A stretch of DNA of 54,427 bases, taken from Xanthobacteraceae bacterium. Lineage in GTDB: Bacteria; Pseudomonadota; Alphaproteobacteria; Rhizobiales; Xanthobacteraceae. The notes beneath the pieces were generated by a model, which did not search any database, had not been told where the DNA came from, and saw only the letters and a list, made by a program, of their open reading frames with translations. Positions within the stretch are counted from its first letter, which is position 1; the number at the start of each line of letters is the position of its first letter. A program made the translations under genes and the position numbers. The stretch is from assembly GCA_049285535.1 (NCBI GenBank), contig JBAQAB010000311.1, positions 1 through 54,427 of the forward strand. The letters run 5' to 3'. This document shows, piece by piece, positions 45,722 to 54,427 of this stretch.

Positions 45722-48373
45722 ATGAACCTTGTACTGGTGGAATCGCCCGCCAAGGCGAAGACGATCAATAAGTATCTGGGCAAGGGCTACGAGGTCCTGG
45801 CCTCTTTTGGCCATGTTCGCGACCTGCCGGCCAAGAGCGGTTCGGTCGATCCGGATCACGATTTCCGCATGCTTTGGGAGATCGATCCCAAGGCTCAGAA
45901 GCGGTTGAACGACATCGCCCGCGCCGTCAAAGACGCCGACAAGCTCATTTTGGCGACCGACCCCGACCGCGAGGGTGAGGCAATTTCCTGGCACGTGTTG
46001 CAGTTTTTGAAGGAAAAGAAGGCGCTCAAGGGCCAGACGGTCGAGCGCGTGGTGTTCAACGCCATCACCAAGCAGTCGGTGACCGAAGCGATGGCACATC
46101 CGCGCGCCATCGATCAGGCTTTGGTCGACGCTTATCTGGCGCGCCGGGCACTCGACTATCTGGTCGGCTTCACCTTGTCGCCCGTCCTGTGGCGGAAATT
46201 GCCCGGCGCTCGCTCGGCGGGCCGGGTCCAGTCGGTGGCGTTGCGGCTTGTTTGCGACCGCGAACTCGAAATCGAGAAATTTGTCAGCCAGGAATATTGG
46301 TCGCTCGTCGCCACGCTGGCGACGCCGCGCCAGGAGACCTTCGAGGCGCGGCTGGTCGGCGCCGACGGCAAGAAGCTGCAGCGGCTCGACATTGGCTCGG
46401 GCGCGGAAGCCGCAGACTTCAAGCAGGCGCTCGAGACGGCCCTCTTCACCGTCGCCTCGGTCGAAGCGAAGCCGGTCAAGCGGCACCCCTATGCGCCGTT
46501 TACCACCTCGACGCTGCAGCAGGAGGCAAGCCGCAAACTCGGTTTTGCGCCGGCGCACACCATGCGCGTGGCGCAGCGGCTCTACGAAGGCGTCGATATC
46601 GGCGGCGAGACCGTCGGCCTCATTACTTATATGCGTACCGATGGCGTACAGATCGCCGAAGAAGCGATCCCCGCGGTGCGCGGCGTCATTGAATCGGATT
46701 ACGGCAGAGAGTACTTGCCGCCCTCCCCGCGCCGCTACGAGACCAAGGCAAAGAATGCGCAGGAAGCCCACGAGGCCATTCGCCCGACCGACCTGTCGCG
46801 CCGTCCGCGTGACACCAAAAGCTTCCTCGACGCGGATCAGGCCAAGCTCTACGAGCTGATTTGGCTGCGCACGGTCGCAAGCCAGATGGAATCGGCCGAG
46901 CTCGAGCGCACCACCGTTGACATCGAAGCCAAGGTCGCAAGCCGGCTCCTTGAATTGCGCGCCACCGGCACGGTGGTGAAATTCGACGGCTTCCTCACCC
47001 TCTATCAGGAAGGCCGCGACGAGGATCCGGAGGACGAGGAAGCGCGCCGGCTGCCGCAAATGAGCGCCGGCGAACGCCTGGAAAAGCGCTCGATCGCCGC
47101 CGACCAGCATTTTACCGAGCCGCCGCCGCGGTATTCGGAAGCCTCACTGGTCAAGCGTATGGAAGAGCTTGGCATCGGCCGGCCGTCGACCTACGCCTCG
47201 ATCCTCCAAGTGCTCAAGGACCGCAAATATGTGCGGCTCGATAAGCGCCGTCTTATTCCCGAGGATCGCGGCCGTATTGTCGTCGCCTTCCTGGAAAGCT
47301 TCTTTGCCAAATATGTCGAATACGATTTCACGGCGGGGCTGGAGGAACAGCTCGATCTGATTTCCAACAGCGAGGTGGCGTGGCGCGACGTGCTGCGCGA
47401 TTTCTGGCGCGACTTCATCGGCGCCATCGACGAGACCAAGGATTTGAAAATCTCCGAAGTCATCGATGCGCTCGATGCGCTGTTGGCGCCGCATCTGTTT
47501 CCGCCGCGCGAAGACGGCAGCGATCCTCGAGTCTGCCCGACCTGCAGCAATGGCCGGCTGACGCTGAAACTCTCCAAATTCGGCGCCTTCATCGGCTGCA
47601 CAAATTATCCGGAGTGCCGCTATACGCGCGCGTTGTCGTCGCAAGCCGACGGGTCGCCGGATATCGGCACCAAAAAGCTCGGCGTCGATCCGGTCACCGG
47701 TCTCGACGTCACGGTGCGCAGCGGCCGCTTCGGTCCCTATCTGCAGATCGGAGAAACTGAAAAGGGCGGCGAGAAGCCCAAGCGCGCCGGCCTGCCGAAG
47801 GGCGTCGCGCCCGATGAGATCGATCTCGAACGCGCGCTCGCGCTCTTATCGCTGCCTCGCGAAGTCGGCCGCAGCCCCGAGGACGGCGAGCCGATCGTCG
47901 CCGGCATCGGCCGTTTCGGACCCTACGTCCGGCACGGCAAGACCTACGCCAATCTCGATTCCCCGGAGGAGGTTTTTTCCGTCGGGCTCAACCGCGCGGT
48001 GACCTTGATTGCGGAAAAGATCGCCAAGGGCCCACGCAAGGGCCGCTTCGGCGCCGATCCTGGCCGCTCGCTTGGCGACCACCCCACCAAAGGCGGCGCC
48101 ATCGCCGCCAAGAAAGGCCGTTACGGGCCCTATGTCAGCCACAACGGCGTCAACGCGACCCTGCCGGCCGATAAGACCCCCGAGACTATCACGCTCGAAG
48201 AGGCGGTCGCGCTGCTCGACGCGAGGGCGGAGCGCAACGCGCCGGCGCCTCATGCACGACCGCGCAAGCCGAAGCGCCCTTCCCCGGGTACCGCGCGACA
48301 CGTCAAAGCGACCGGCAAGAAACCCGCTGCCCGGGCAGCCAAGAACCGCAAGACCACGCACGCTGCCGAATAA
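45722..48373 (+). CDS. topA: DNA topoisomerase I
   Basis: MNLVLVESPAKAKTINKYLG (TOPRIM), active-site region ITYMRTDG, C-terminal Zn-ribbon CPTC...C..C; 883 aa. Confidence 0.95.
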   Translation: MNLVLVESPAKAKTINKYLGKGYEVLASFGHVRDLPAKSGSVDPDHDFRMLWEIDPKAQKRLNDIARAVKDADKLILATDPDREGEAISWHVLQFLKEKKALKGQTVERVVFNAITKQSVTEAMAHPRAIDQALVDAYLARRALDYLVGFTLSPVLWRKLPGARSAGRVQSVALRLVCDRELEIEKFVSQEYWSLVATLATPRQETFEARLVGADGKKLQRLDIGSGAEAADFKQALETALFTVASVEAKPVKRHPYAPFTTSTLQQEASRKLGFAPAHTMRVAQRLYEGVDIGGETVGLITYMRTDGVQIAEEAIPAVRGVIESDYGREYLPPSPRRYETKAKNAQEAHEAIRPTDLSRRPRDTKSFLDADQAKLYELIWLRTVASQMESAELERTTVDIEAKVASRLLELRATGTVVKFDGFLTLYQEGRDEDPEDEEARRLPQMSAGERLEKRSIAADQHFTEPPPRYSEASLVKRMEELGIGRPSTYASILQVLKDRKYVRLDKRRLIPEDRGRIVVAFLESFFAKYVEYDFTAGLEEQLDLISNSEVAWRDVLRDFWRDFIGAIDETKDLKISEVIDALDALLAPHLFPPREDGSDPRVCPTCSNGRLTLKLSKFGAFIGCTNYPECRYTRALSSQADGSPDIGTKKLGVDPVTGLDVTVRSGRFGPYLQIGETEKGGEKPKRAGLPKGVAPDEIDLERALALLSLPREVGRSPEDGEPIVAGIGRFGPYVRHGKTYANLDSPEEVFSVGLNRAVTLIAEKIAKGPRKGRFGADPGRSLGDHPTKGGAIAAKKGRYGPYVSHNGVNATLPADKTPETITLEEAVALLDARAERNAPAPHARPRKPKRPSPGTARHVKATGKKPAARAAKNRKTTHAAE

Positions 48374-48455
48374 TCGCTATGTTATGGATCATGTCTTAAG
48401 TGCGATGGGCCAGGGACGAGGCCCATAACTGGGCCGACCGGCCCGTGCGTGGCCA

Positions 48456-50687
48456 ATGAATCGCCTTCCTACCCGCGACGAGCTTGTCGCCTTCATACGC
48501 GAACGCAGCGGCAAGGTCGGCACGCGCGAGATCGCGCGCGCCTTCGGCGCCAAGAACGCCGACCGCGCGGCGCTTAACCGCATGCTGCGGGAAATTGCCG
48601 ACCAAGGCTTGATCGACCGGCGCCGCAAACGCCTGCACCACGCCGGCACCTTGCCGCCGGTCGTGCTGGCCGACGTCACTGGCCGAGACAGCGACGGCGA
48701 ATTGCTCGCCCGGCCGACCGAATGGGACGAGGAAGCCCATGGCGCGCCGCCCGTCATCCATATCGCCACGCCGCGCCGCGCCCGGCCGGGCGAAGTCGCC
48801 GGCCTCGGCGACCGCGCGCTGATCCGCATCGAGCGGACGAGCGACGGTGAGACGATCGGGCGCGTCATCAAGCTGATCGATCGCGCCAAGAGTCGCACGC
48901 TCGGAATCTTTCGCGGCCTGCCCGGCGGCGGCGGCCGGCTGGTGCCGATCGACAAGAAACAGCTCGGCCGCGAAGTGAGCATCCCGCCAAACGCCGCCGC
49001 GGGCGCGGTCGATGGCGACCTTGTGGCGGTCGAAGTAGCGCGGCACGGTCGGTTCGGGCTTGCCGCGGGCACCGTCGTCGCGCGACTTGGTTCACTCAAG
49101 AGCGAGCGCGCCGTCAGCCTGATCGCCATCCACGCCCACGATATTCCGCACACATTTTCCGGCGCCGTGATCGAGGAAGCCGACGCCGCGCGTGCGGCCT
49201 CACATGCCGGCCGCGAAGACTGGCGCCGCGTTCCTTTCGTCACCATCGATCCGCCGGACGCCAAGGATCACGACGACGCGGTGCATGCGATACCCGATCC
49301 CGACCCGAAGAACCTGGGCGGCCATATCGTCAGCGTCGCCATCGCCGATGTCGCCCATTATGTGCGGCCGGCTTCGGCGCTCGACCGCGAGGCCGTCAGA
49401 CGCGGCAACTCGGTCTATTTTCCCGACCGGGTCGTGCCGATGCTGCCGGAGCGCATTTCCAACGACCTGTGCTCGCTGCGGCCCTACGAAGATCGGCCGG
49501 CGCTTGCGGTGCGCATGGTGATCGGCGCCGACGGCCGCAAGCGTTCGCACGCGTTCCACCGCGTGCTGATCCGCTCCGCAGCGCGGCTGCACTACGAGCA
49601 GGCGCAGCTTGCGGTCACCGGCCGCCCCGATGAAGTCACCGCGCCGATCGCCGAAAAGATCCTGGAGCCGCTCTACGCCGCCTACCGTACGGTGTTGCGC
49701 GAGCGCGACGAACGCGGGCCGCTCGATCTCGACATTCCGGAGCGCAAGATCGTACTCAAATCAGACGGCACGGTCGATCGCGTGATCATGCCGCAGCGGC
49801 TCGAAGCGCACCGGCTGATCGAGGAATTCATGATCCTCGCCAACGTTGCCGCCGCCGAAACCTGCGAGCGGGCCAATGTCGCACTGATCTACCGCGTGCA
49901 CGACGAGCCGTCGGTGGAAAAGCTCAATGCGCTGCGCGAATTCCTGGGAACCCTCGATATTTCGCTGCCAAAAGGCGGCACGCTGCGGCCTGACGGATTC
50001 AACACCATCCTGTCGCGCGTCAAGGGCCGCGACGCGGAGCGGCTGGTCAATGAAGTGGTCTTACGCACCCAAGCGCAGGCCGAATATTCGTCCGAGAATT
50101 ACGGCCATTTCGGTCTCAATCTGCGCCGCTATGCTCACTTCACCTCGCCGATCCGCCGCTATGCCGACCTTGTCGTGCATCGTGCCCTGATCCGTGCCGC
50201 AAAGCTCGGCGCCGACGGGCAGCCGGATGGCACCGATGCGCGATCGCTTGCCGAAATCGCGGCCACCATCTCCGCCACCGAACGCCGCGCCATGAAAGCC
50301 GAGCGCGAGACGGCCGACCGGCTGATCGCGCATTTTCTGGCTGATCGTGTCGGCGCAACGTTCGACGGGCACATCTCCGGCGTCACGCGCGCCGGTCTCT
50401 TTGTCGAGCTCGACGAGACCGGCGCCGATGGCTTTGTGCCGGCACGCACGATCGGCGACGAATATTTCCGCTTCGACGAAGCGGGCCGCGCTTTTGTCGG
50501 CCGCGCGGTGACGCATCGGCTCGGCGATCCGGTGACGGTGCAGCTCGTCGAGGCGGCGCCGGTCGCCGGCGCCCTGCGATTTAAGCTTGTCGGACATGAC
50601 GGCGCCGCGGAAAAGAGGACTGGACACAAGCCGCGATCGAGTCCGAAATTTATACCCCGACAGAAGGCGCGCGGCCGACGCCGGTAA
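48456..50687 (+). CDS. rnr: ribonuclease R
   Basis: 743 aa. RNB domain (DPPDAKDHDDAV), S1 domain at the C-terminus, basic tail. Confidence 0.9.
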   Translation: MNRLPTRDELVAFIRERSGKVGTREIARAFGAKNADRAALNRMLREIADQGLIDRRRKRLHHAGTLPPVVLADVTGRDSDGELLARPTEWDEEAHGAPPVIHIATPRRARPGEVAGLGDRALIRIERTSDGETIGRVIKLIDRAKSRTLGIFRGLPGGGGRLVPIDKKQLGREVSIPPNAAAGAVDGDLVAVEVARHGRFGLAAGTVVARLGSLKSERAVSLIAIHAHDIPHTFSGAVIEEADAARAASHAGREDWRRVPFVTIDPPDAKDHDDAVHAIPDPDPKNLGGHIVSVAIADVAHYVRPASALDREAVRRGNSVYFPDRVVPMLPERISNDLCSLRPYEDRPALAVRMVIGADGRKRSHAFHRVLIRSAARLHYEQAQLAVTGRPDEVTAPIAEKILEPLYAAYRTVLRERDERGPLDLDIPERKIVLKSDGTVDRVIMPQRLEAHRLIEEFMILANVAAAETCERANVALIYRVHDEPSVEKLNALREFLGTLDISLPKGGTLRPDGFNTILSRVKGRDAERLVNEVVLRTQAQAEYSSENYGHFGLNLRRYAHFTSPIRRYADLVVHRALIRAAKLGADGQPDGTDARSLAEIAATISATERRAMKAERETADRLIAHFLADRVGATFDGHISGVTRAGLFVELDETGADGFVPARTIGDEYFRFDEAGRAFVGRAVTHRLGDPVTVQLVEAAPVAGALRFKLVGHDGAAEKRTGHKPRSSPKFIPRQKARGRRR

Positions 50688-50700
50688 CTTAGAAAACGTA

Positions 50701-51492
50701 ATGACTGTGAAGCGCGAATATCTGGACGAAAGCAATTCCAGCGTGGTCGCGGGCGGCACGGCGGCTGACCGCGCCGAACGGCTCACGCGCACCATGCGCG
50801 ATCAGTCTTTTCCCAACGTCAAGCCTCGAGATTCGGCGACGCTGATTTTGATCGACCGCACCGAGGCGATCCCGAAGGTGCTGCTCGGCCGGCGCCACCA
50901 GCGGCATCGCTTCTTGCCGGGCAAATTCGTCTTTCCCGGCGGCCGCATTGAACCGGCCGACCGGCTGATGGCGACCGCCGCTGCACTCGATGGGCGTCAC
51001 CTCGCAAGTTTAATGCGGCGAGTAAAACGGCCGAGCGCCGCGAAAGCGGCGGCCTATGCTTTGGCCGCCGTGCGCGAAACTTATGAGGAAACCGGGCTGA
51101 TGCTGGGCGTTCCCACGGCCGGCGCCATAAAAGTCCCGCCGGGACATTGGCAGCCATTCGCTGTGGCTGGCGTTCTGCCGGACCTAAGCCAGATCCACTT
51201 CGTCGCCCGCGCCATCACCCCGCCGAAGCGTCCCTTGCGTTTCGACAGCCGCTTCTTCACGGCCGATATCTCCGCGATCGCGCGGCGCGACGAGGGATTT
51301 GTCGGGCCGGACAAGGAGCTTGTCGAGCTGGTCTGGCTGCCGATGACGGAAGCGCGCCAGCTCGATATGCCGGGCATCACCGCGGTAGTGCTCGAAGAAT
51401 TGCAGGATCGCATCGCCGCCGGCATGAATTACGATCATCCGGTCCCGCTTTACCGCATGCTGCACAAGCGTTTTGTGCGGGAAGTCCTATAA
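50701..51492 (+). CDS. NUDIX hydrolase
   Basis: Nudix box region GKFVFPGGRIEP...AAVRETYEETGL. The start is taken at ATG 50701, after the rnr stop. Confidence 0.75.
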   Translation: MTVKREYLDESNSSVVAGGTAADRAERLTRTMRDQSFPNVKPRDSATLILIDRTEAIPKVLLGRRHQRHRFLPGKFVFPGGRIEPADRLMATAAALDGRHLASLMRRVKRPSAAKAAAYALAAVRETYEETGLMLGVPTAGAIKVPPGHWQPFAVAGVLPDLSQIHFVARAITPPKRPLRFDSRFFTADISAIARRDEGFVGPDKELVELVWLPMTEARQLDMPGITAVVLEELQDRIAAGMNYDHPVPLYRMLHKRFVREVL

Positions 51493-51591
51493 AGCCTTGA
51501 TATCCCGAGACCGGCGGGATTTCTTGACTTTCGAGCCTCGCCGACTAGGTTGCACCCAACCGATCAACCCGAAGTCCCCTGAGGTCCCGTT

Positions 51592-51759
51592 ATGGCCAAG
51601 AACACCACGATCAAAGTCAAGCTCGTATCCAGCGCCGATACCGGCTTCTATTATGTGACGTACAAGAATTCGCGCACGATGACAGACAAATTGAAGATGA
51701 AGAAATACGATCCGGTGGCGAAAAAGCACGTCGAATTCACCGAATCCAAGATCAAGTAA
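51592..51759 (+). CDS. rpmG: 50S ribosomal protein L33 (55 aa, below ORF-track cutoff)
   Basis: Translated by hand: [55 protein letters not shown], followed by a terminator. Confidence 0.9.
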   Translation: MAKNTTIKVKLVSSADTGFYYVTYKNSRTMTDKLKMKKYDPVAKKHVEFTESKIK

Positions 51760-51782
51760 GCGGCACTTGTGCAGCATACGAA

Positions 51783-51806
51783 GGGCGCCGATCGGGCGCC
51801 CTTTTT
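51783..51806 (+). terminator. rho-independent terminator of rpmG
   Basis: GGGCGCC-GATCG-GGCGCCC then TTTTT. Confidence 0.75.
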
Positions 51807-52167
51807 GATTCCGTCAGAAGCCAAGGGAGCGCCGTTCGAAGCCGCCCGAAGAGGTGGCCGGCCGGAAACGGTGTTATGAGGAGGCCACTCGCACCGCTCC
51901 CGTGCCGGCCGAACCCCGCGGACCCAGGAGATGCGGCGGACCTGAGCATACCGCAGGGTTATCAATGGGTTCGCAAAGCTGGTGGCATCGCCCGGCTCGC
52001 TGCAAGGCCCCCTGTAACACAGCGAGGAATACCGTTCTCCGAAAGCTAGCGGAACCGGCGACAAAATCAATCGGCAAAAGTTTCGTCGAATTGGCGCCGT
52101 TGCGGTCAACCACAAAAATTGGTGTTACCGGCTCGACCTCCTGACTGAGCTTGCCGACTTGGCGCGG

Positions 52168-53541
52168 TCAGGCCGCGTCTGGCACGACGCGATTGCGGCC
52201 GTCGCGTTTGGCGCGGTAGAGCGCCTGGTCGGCGCGCTTGAGCAGCGCCGGCGCGGTGTCGTCCTTGCCGCGCAAGCCGGCGATGCCGATCGAGATCGTC
52301 ACCGGAATCTGGCGGCTGCCCTGCGCGATGGCGAAGGGTTCCGCGGCGATGCGCCGGCGCAGCCGCTCGGCGACCATCGCCGCCACCGCCATGTCGGTCT
52401 CCGGCATGATAATGACGAATTCCTCGCCGCCGTAACGGCATGCCAGATCGATGCCGCGGATCGAGCGTTTGATGCGGAGCGCGAAATCGCGCAGCACGTC
52501 GTCGCCGGCATCATGGCCGTGGCTGTCATTGATCGCCTTGAAATAATCGATATCGACAACGAGCGCCGAGAGCGGCTTGCCGCGCGCCGCGGCCTGCTCG
52601 ATCAGCGTGCCGAGATGGCTCTCCATGTAGCGGCGATTGAACAGACCGGTCAGCGCGTCGGTGATCGCCATCTCGATCGACATTTGAACATTATCGCGCA
52701 GCCGCTCGGTGTAGCGGCGCTTGCGCACCTGGCTGCGCGTCCGCGCCAAAAGCTCGTTCTTGTCGATCGGCCGGATCAGAAAATCGTTCACGCCGATCTC
52801 GAGCCCGCGCAGCATGCGCGCCGTGTTGTCCGGCTCCGTGATGGCGAGAATCGGCAGGTTGCGCGTTCGGTCGAGCGAACGGATCTGACTGCACAGCCGC
52901 AGCGCATCGAAATGTTCCAGTCCCAGCGAGACGATGAGGAGGTCGTAATTGCCGTCTGCGGCATGGAAGAGCGCCTGGTTCGGATCGATTTCAACCTCGA
53001 CGGCATGCTCCTTGGACAGGGTCGCGGCGATGCGTTCGTAAGAGGCCGGGCGATCGTCGACGATTAGCACGCGGCCGTCACGGCCGGTGTCGGCCACAGC
53101 CTCGCGCTCCGGCGATTCAATGCCGATCTCGTGCGATGTCAAAACGCGCATGCGCAGCTCGTCGGTGACCATCTTGAGGCGCGCCAGCGAGCGCACGCGC
53201 GCGATCAGCGCCAGTTCGGAAATCGGCTTGGGCAGAAAATCGTCGGCGCCGGCCTCCAGGCCGCGAACCTTGTCGGACGGCTGGTCGAGCGCGGTGACCA
53301 TAATGACCGGGATGTGATGGGTGGCCGGATTGCTTTTGATCCGGCGGCAGACCTCGAAGCCGTCCATGTCCGGCATCATCACGTCGAGCAGGACGAGATC
53401 GCACTCGGCGCGTTCGCAGATCGCCAGCGCATCGCGCCCGCTCATCGCGGTGACGACGTCGAAATACTCGGCCGACAGCCGCGCTTCGAGCAGTTTGACG
53501 TTGGCGGGAATATCGTCAACGACCAGGACTCGGGCAGTCAT
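52168..53541 (-). CDS. pleD: PleD-type response regulator diguanylate cyclase (REC-REC-GGDEF)
   Basis: MTARVLVVDDIPANVKLLEARL..., a second receiver-like domain, a GGDEF domain with RYGGEEF, and an RxxD I-site region. Confidence 0.88.
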   Translation of the reverse strand: MTARVLVVDDIPANVKLLEARLSAEYFDVVTAMSGRDALAICERAECDLVLLDVMMPDMDGFEVCRRIKSNPATHHIPVIMVTALDQPSDKVRGLEAGADDFLPKPISELALIARVRSLARLKMVTDELRMRVLTSHEIGIESPEREAVADTGRDGRVLIVDDRPASYERIAATLSKEHAVEVEIDPNQALFHAADGNYDLLIVSLGLEHFDALRLCSQIRSLDRTRNLPILAITEPDNTARMLRGLEIGVNDFLIRPIDKNELLARTRSQVRKRRYTERLRDNVQMSIEMAITDALTGLFNRRYMESHLGTLIEQAAARGKPLSALVVDIDYFKAINDSHGHDAGDDVLRDFALRIKRSIRGIDLACRYGGEEFVIIMPETDMAVAAMVAERLRRRIAAEPFAIAQGSRQIPVTISIGIAGLRGKDDTAPALLKRADQALYRAKRDGRNRVVPDAA

Positions 53542-53550
53542 TGCGAACCT

Positions 53551-53922
53551 TTACGGATTGCCGAGAAAATGGCGGATGGTCTCGATGAACTTGCCCACCG
53601 AGATCGGCTTGGAAAGGTAAGCCTCGCAGCCGCCCTCCCGGATACGTTCTTCATCACCCTTCATGGCGAAGGCCGTGACCGCGACAACCGGTATCTTCTT
53701 CAGGTCCTGATCGTCCTTCAGCCACTTGGTGACTTCGAGGCCGGAGACTTCAGGAAGCTGGATGTCCATCAGGATCAGGTCGGGCCGATGCTTGCGCGCC
53801 AGATCCAGCGCCTCGATGCCGTTGCGCGTTCCGACCGTCGCATAACCATGGGCTTCCAACAGGTCGTGGAAGAGCTTCATATTGAGCTCGTTGTCTTCCA
53901 CAATCAGGACGGTTTTTGCCAT
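53551..53922 (-). CDS. divK: single-domain response regulator DivK
   Basis: [27 protein letters not shown]...[12 protein letters not shown]...[12 protein letters not shown]. Immediately upstream of pleD. Confidence 0.85.
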   Translation of the reverse strand: MAKTVLIVEDNELNMKLFHDLLEAHGYATVGTRNGIEALDLARKHRPDLILMDIQLPEVSGLEVTKWLKDDQDLKKIPVVAVTAFAMKGDEERIREGGCEAYLSKPISVGKFIETIRHFLGNP

Positions 53923-54044
53923 CCCCCATTCCCTTCGCCGGTCCCCGGCCCGATGCTTCGGCAAGCGGCAGAATCGCCTGCAACCGCAACGGGCGGCATC
54001 GGGAGGCTAGTCCCGATATGTTACGGAAAGGCAAATGGAAGCCT

Positions 54045-54341
54045 ATGACGAAACCCGCAAGACCGTCTCCGGAAGGCGCCGAAATGGTGGCGATTCAGGC
54101 GCTTGCCTTCATTGCCGAAGATCCGGATCGAATGGGTGCCTTTCTTGCCGCAACCGGCATAGCGCCAGACACGATCCGCGGCGCCGCTCGCTCGCCCAAC
54201 TTTCTCGCGGGCGTGCTCGAGCATATGCTCGCCGACGAGAGTCTGTTGCTTGCTTTTTCCGACAGCGCTGGCCTCGATCCGGCCGAGATTGCCCGGGCGC
54301 GGCGCGCGCTGGGCGGTGAATGGGAACACGATCTGCCCTAG
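54045..54341 (+). CDS. DUF3572 domain protein
   Basis: AIQALAFIAEDPDRMGAFLAATGIAPDTIRGAARSPNFLAGVLEHMLADESLLLAF matches the family I recall next to divK-pleD in alphaproteobacteria. Confidence 0.65.
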   Translation: MTKPARPSPEGAEMVAIQALAFIAEDPDRMGAFLAATGIAPDTIRGAARSPNFLAGVLEHMLADESLLLAFSDSAGLDPAEIARARRALGGEWEHDLP

Positions 54342-54361
54342 ATGGCGATCCGAATGGATCA

Positions 54362-54427
54362 ATGAGCATGAGCTTTTGCCGTGACTGCCTGGCCGAGGCT
54401 GCGCCGCAGACCAGGCGCTGCGCCGCC
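54362..54427 (+). CDS. dinB: 5' end (partial) of probable DNA polymerase IV with N-terminal Cys motif
   Basis: MSMSFCRDCLAEAAPQTRRCAA... resembles the CRDC...RCxxC N-terminus of Rhizobiales DinB/DinP. Only 22 codons are in the window. Confidence 0.4.
   Translation, partial: MSMSFCRDCLAEAAPQTRRCAA

Noticed and set aside
45704-47110. 468-aa minus-strand ORF opposite topA
   Set aside because: It is an antisense shadow of an unambiguous topoisomerase I gene, with no motifs or SD.
48389-49264. 291-aa minus-strand ORF opposite the rnr 5' region
   Set aside because: It is an antisense shadow of RNase R.
51800-52167. 370-nt gene-free stretch between the rpmG terminator and the pleD 3' end, considered for a riboswitch or sRNA
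   Set aside because: I found no recognisable conserved motif, terminator or promoter. It cannot be supported from sequence alone.
52185-52205. Sigma54-like TGGCACG...TTGC motif
   Set aside because: The GG-GC spacing is off by 2 nt and the site lies inside the pleD coding region on the antisense strand.

Overview
High-GC alphaproteobacterial chromosome segment. Synteny, DUF3551, Bug/TctC proteins and an [10 protein letters not shown]-type palindromic repeat suggest Hyphomicrobiales/Rhizobiales, probably Bradyrhizobiaceae-like; this is inference, not a search result. The core is a minus-strand array running nuoABCDEFGHIJKLMN-birA-rnj, then mce, DUF1467, proS and lolCE/lolD. All 14 nuo genes are present, with three extra ORFs packed tightly inside: an FlK-like thioesterase, a DUF3291 protein and an 80-aa membrane protein. 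The right half holds a conserved housekeeping block: ruvX, pyrB, plsY, dprA, topA, rnr, NUDIX, rpmG, pleD-divK, DUF3572 and the dinB 5' end. Accessory stretches: (i) nt 1-3700, small secreted Cys-rich proteins including three tandem DUF3551 paralogs; (ii) 27.3-33.9 kb, two TctC binding proteins, a hydrolase, tRNA-Asp, hup, tRNA-Val, DUF1127, an orphan ModA-like SBP and a PEBP protein; (iii) 38.5-44.0 kb, apparently inserted between plsY and dprA, with a B12-radical SAM enzyme, an XRE regulator, a glutaredoxin-DinB fusion, a LysR regulator and a TctC protein. No CRISPR array, transposase, integrase or recognisable defence system was seen. Most notable: PyrB fused to a PyrI-type zinc domain with no pyrC-like neighbour; a 960-bp single-gene unit bounded by 46-bp direct repeats, with an in-frame TGA splitting its thioredoxin-fold N-terminus; a stand-alone B12-rSAM gene behind an XRE regulator; a 15-bp x4 tandem repeat reiterating a gene's last four codons plus stop; and the secreted Cys-rich paralog array. 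Two genes under 60 aa (rpmG and a 59-aa ORF) and one edge-truncated ORF are missing from the ORF track. All family assignments come from motif recognition by eye, not database searches.
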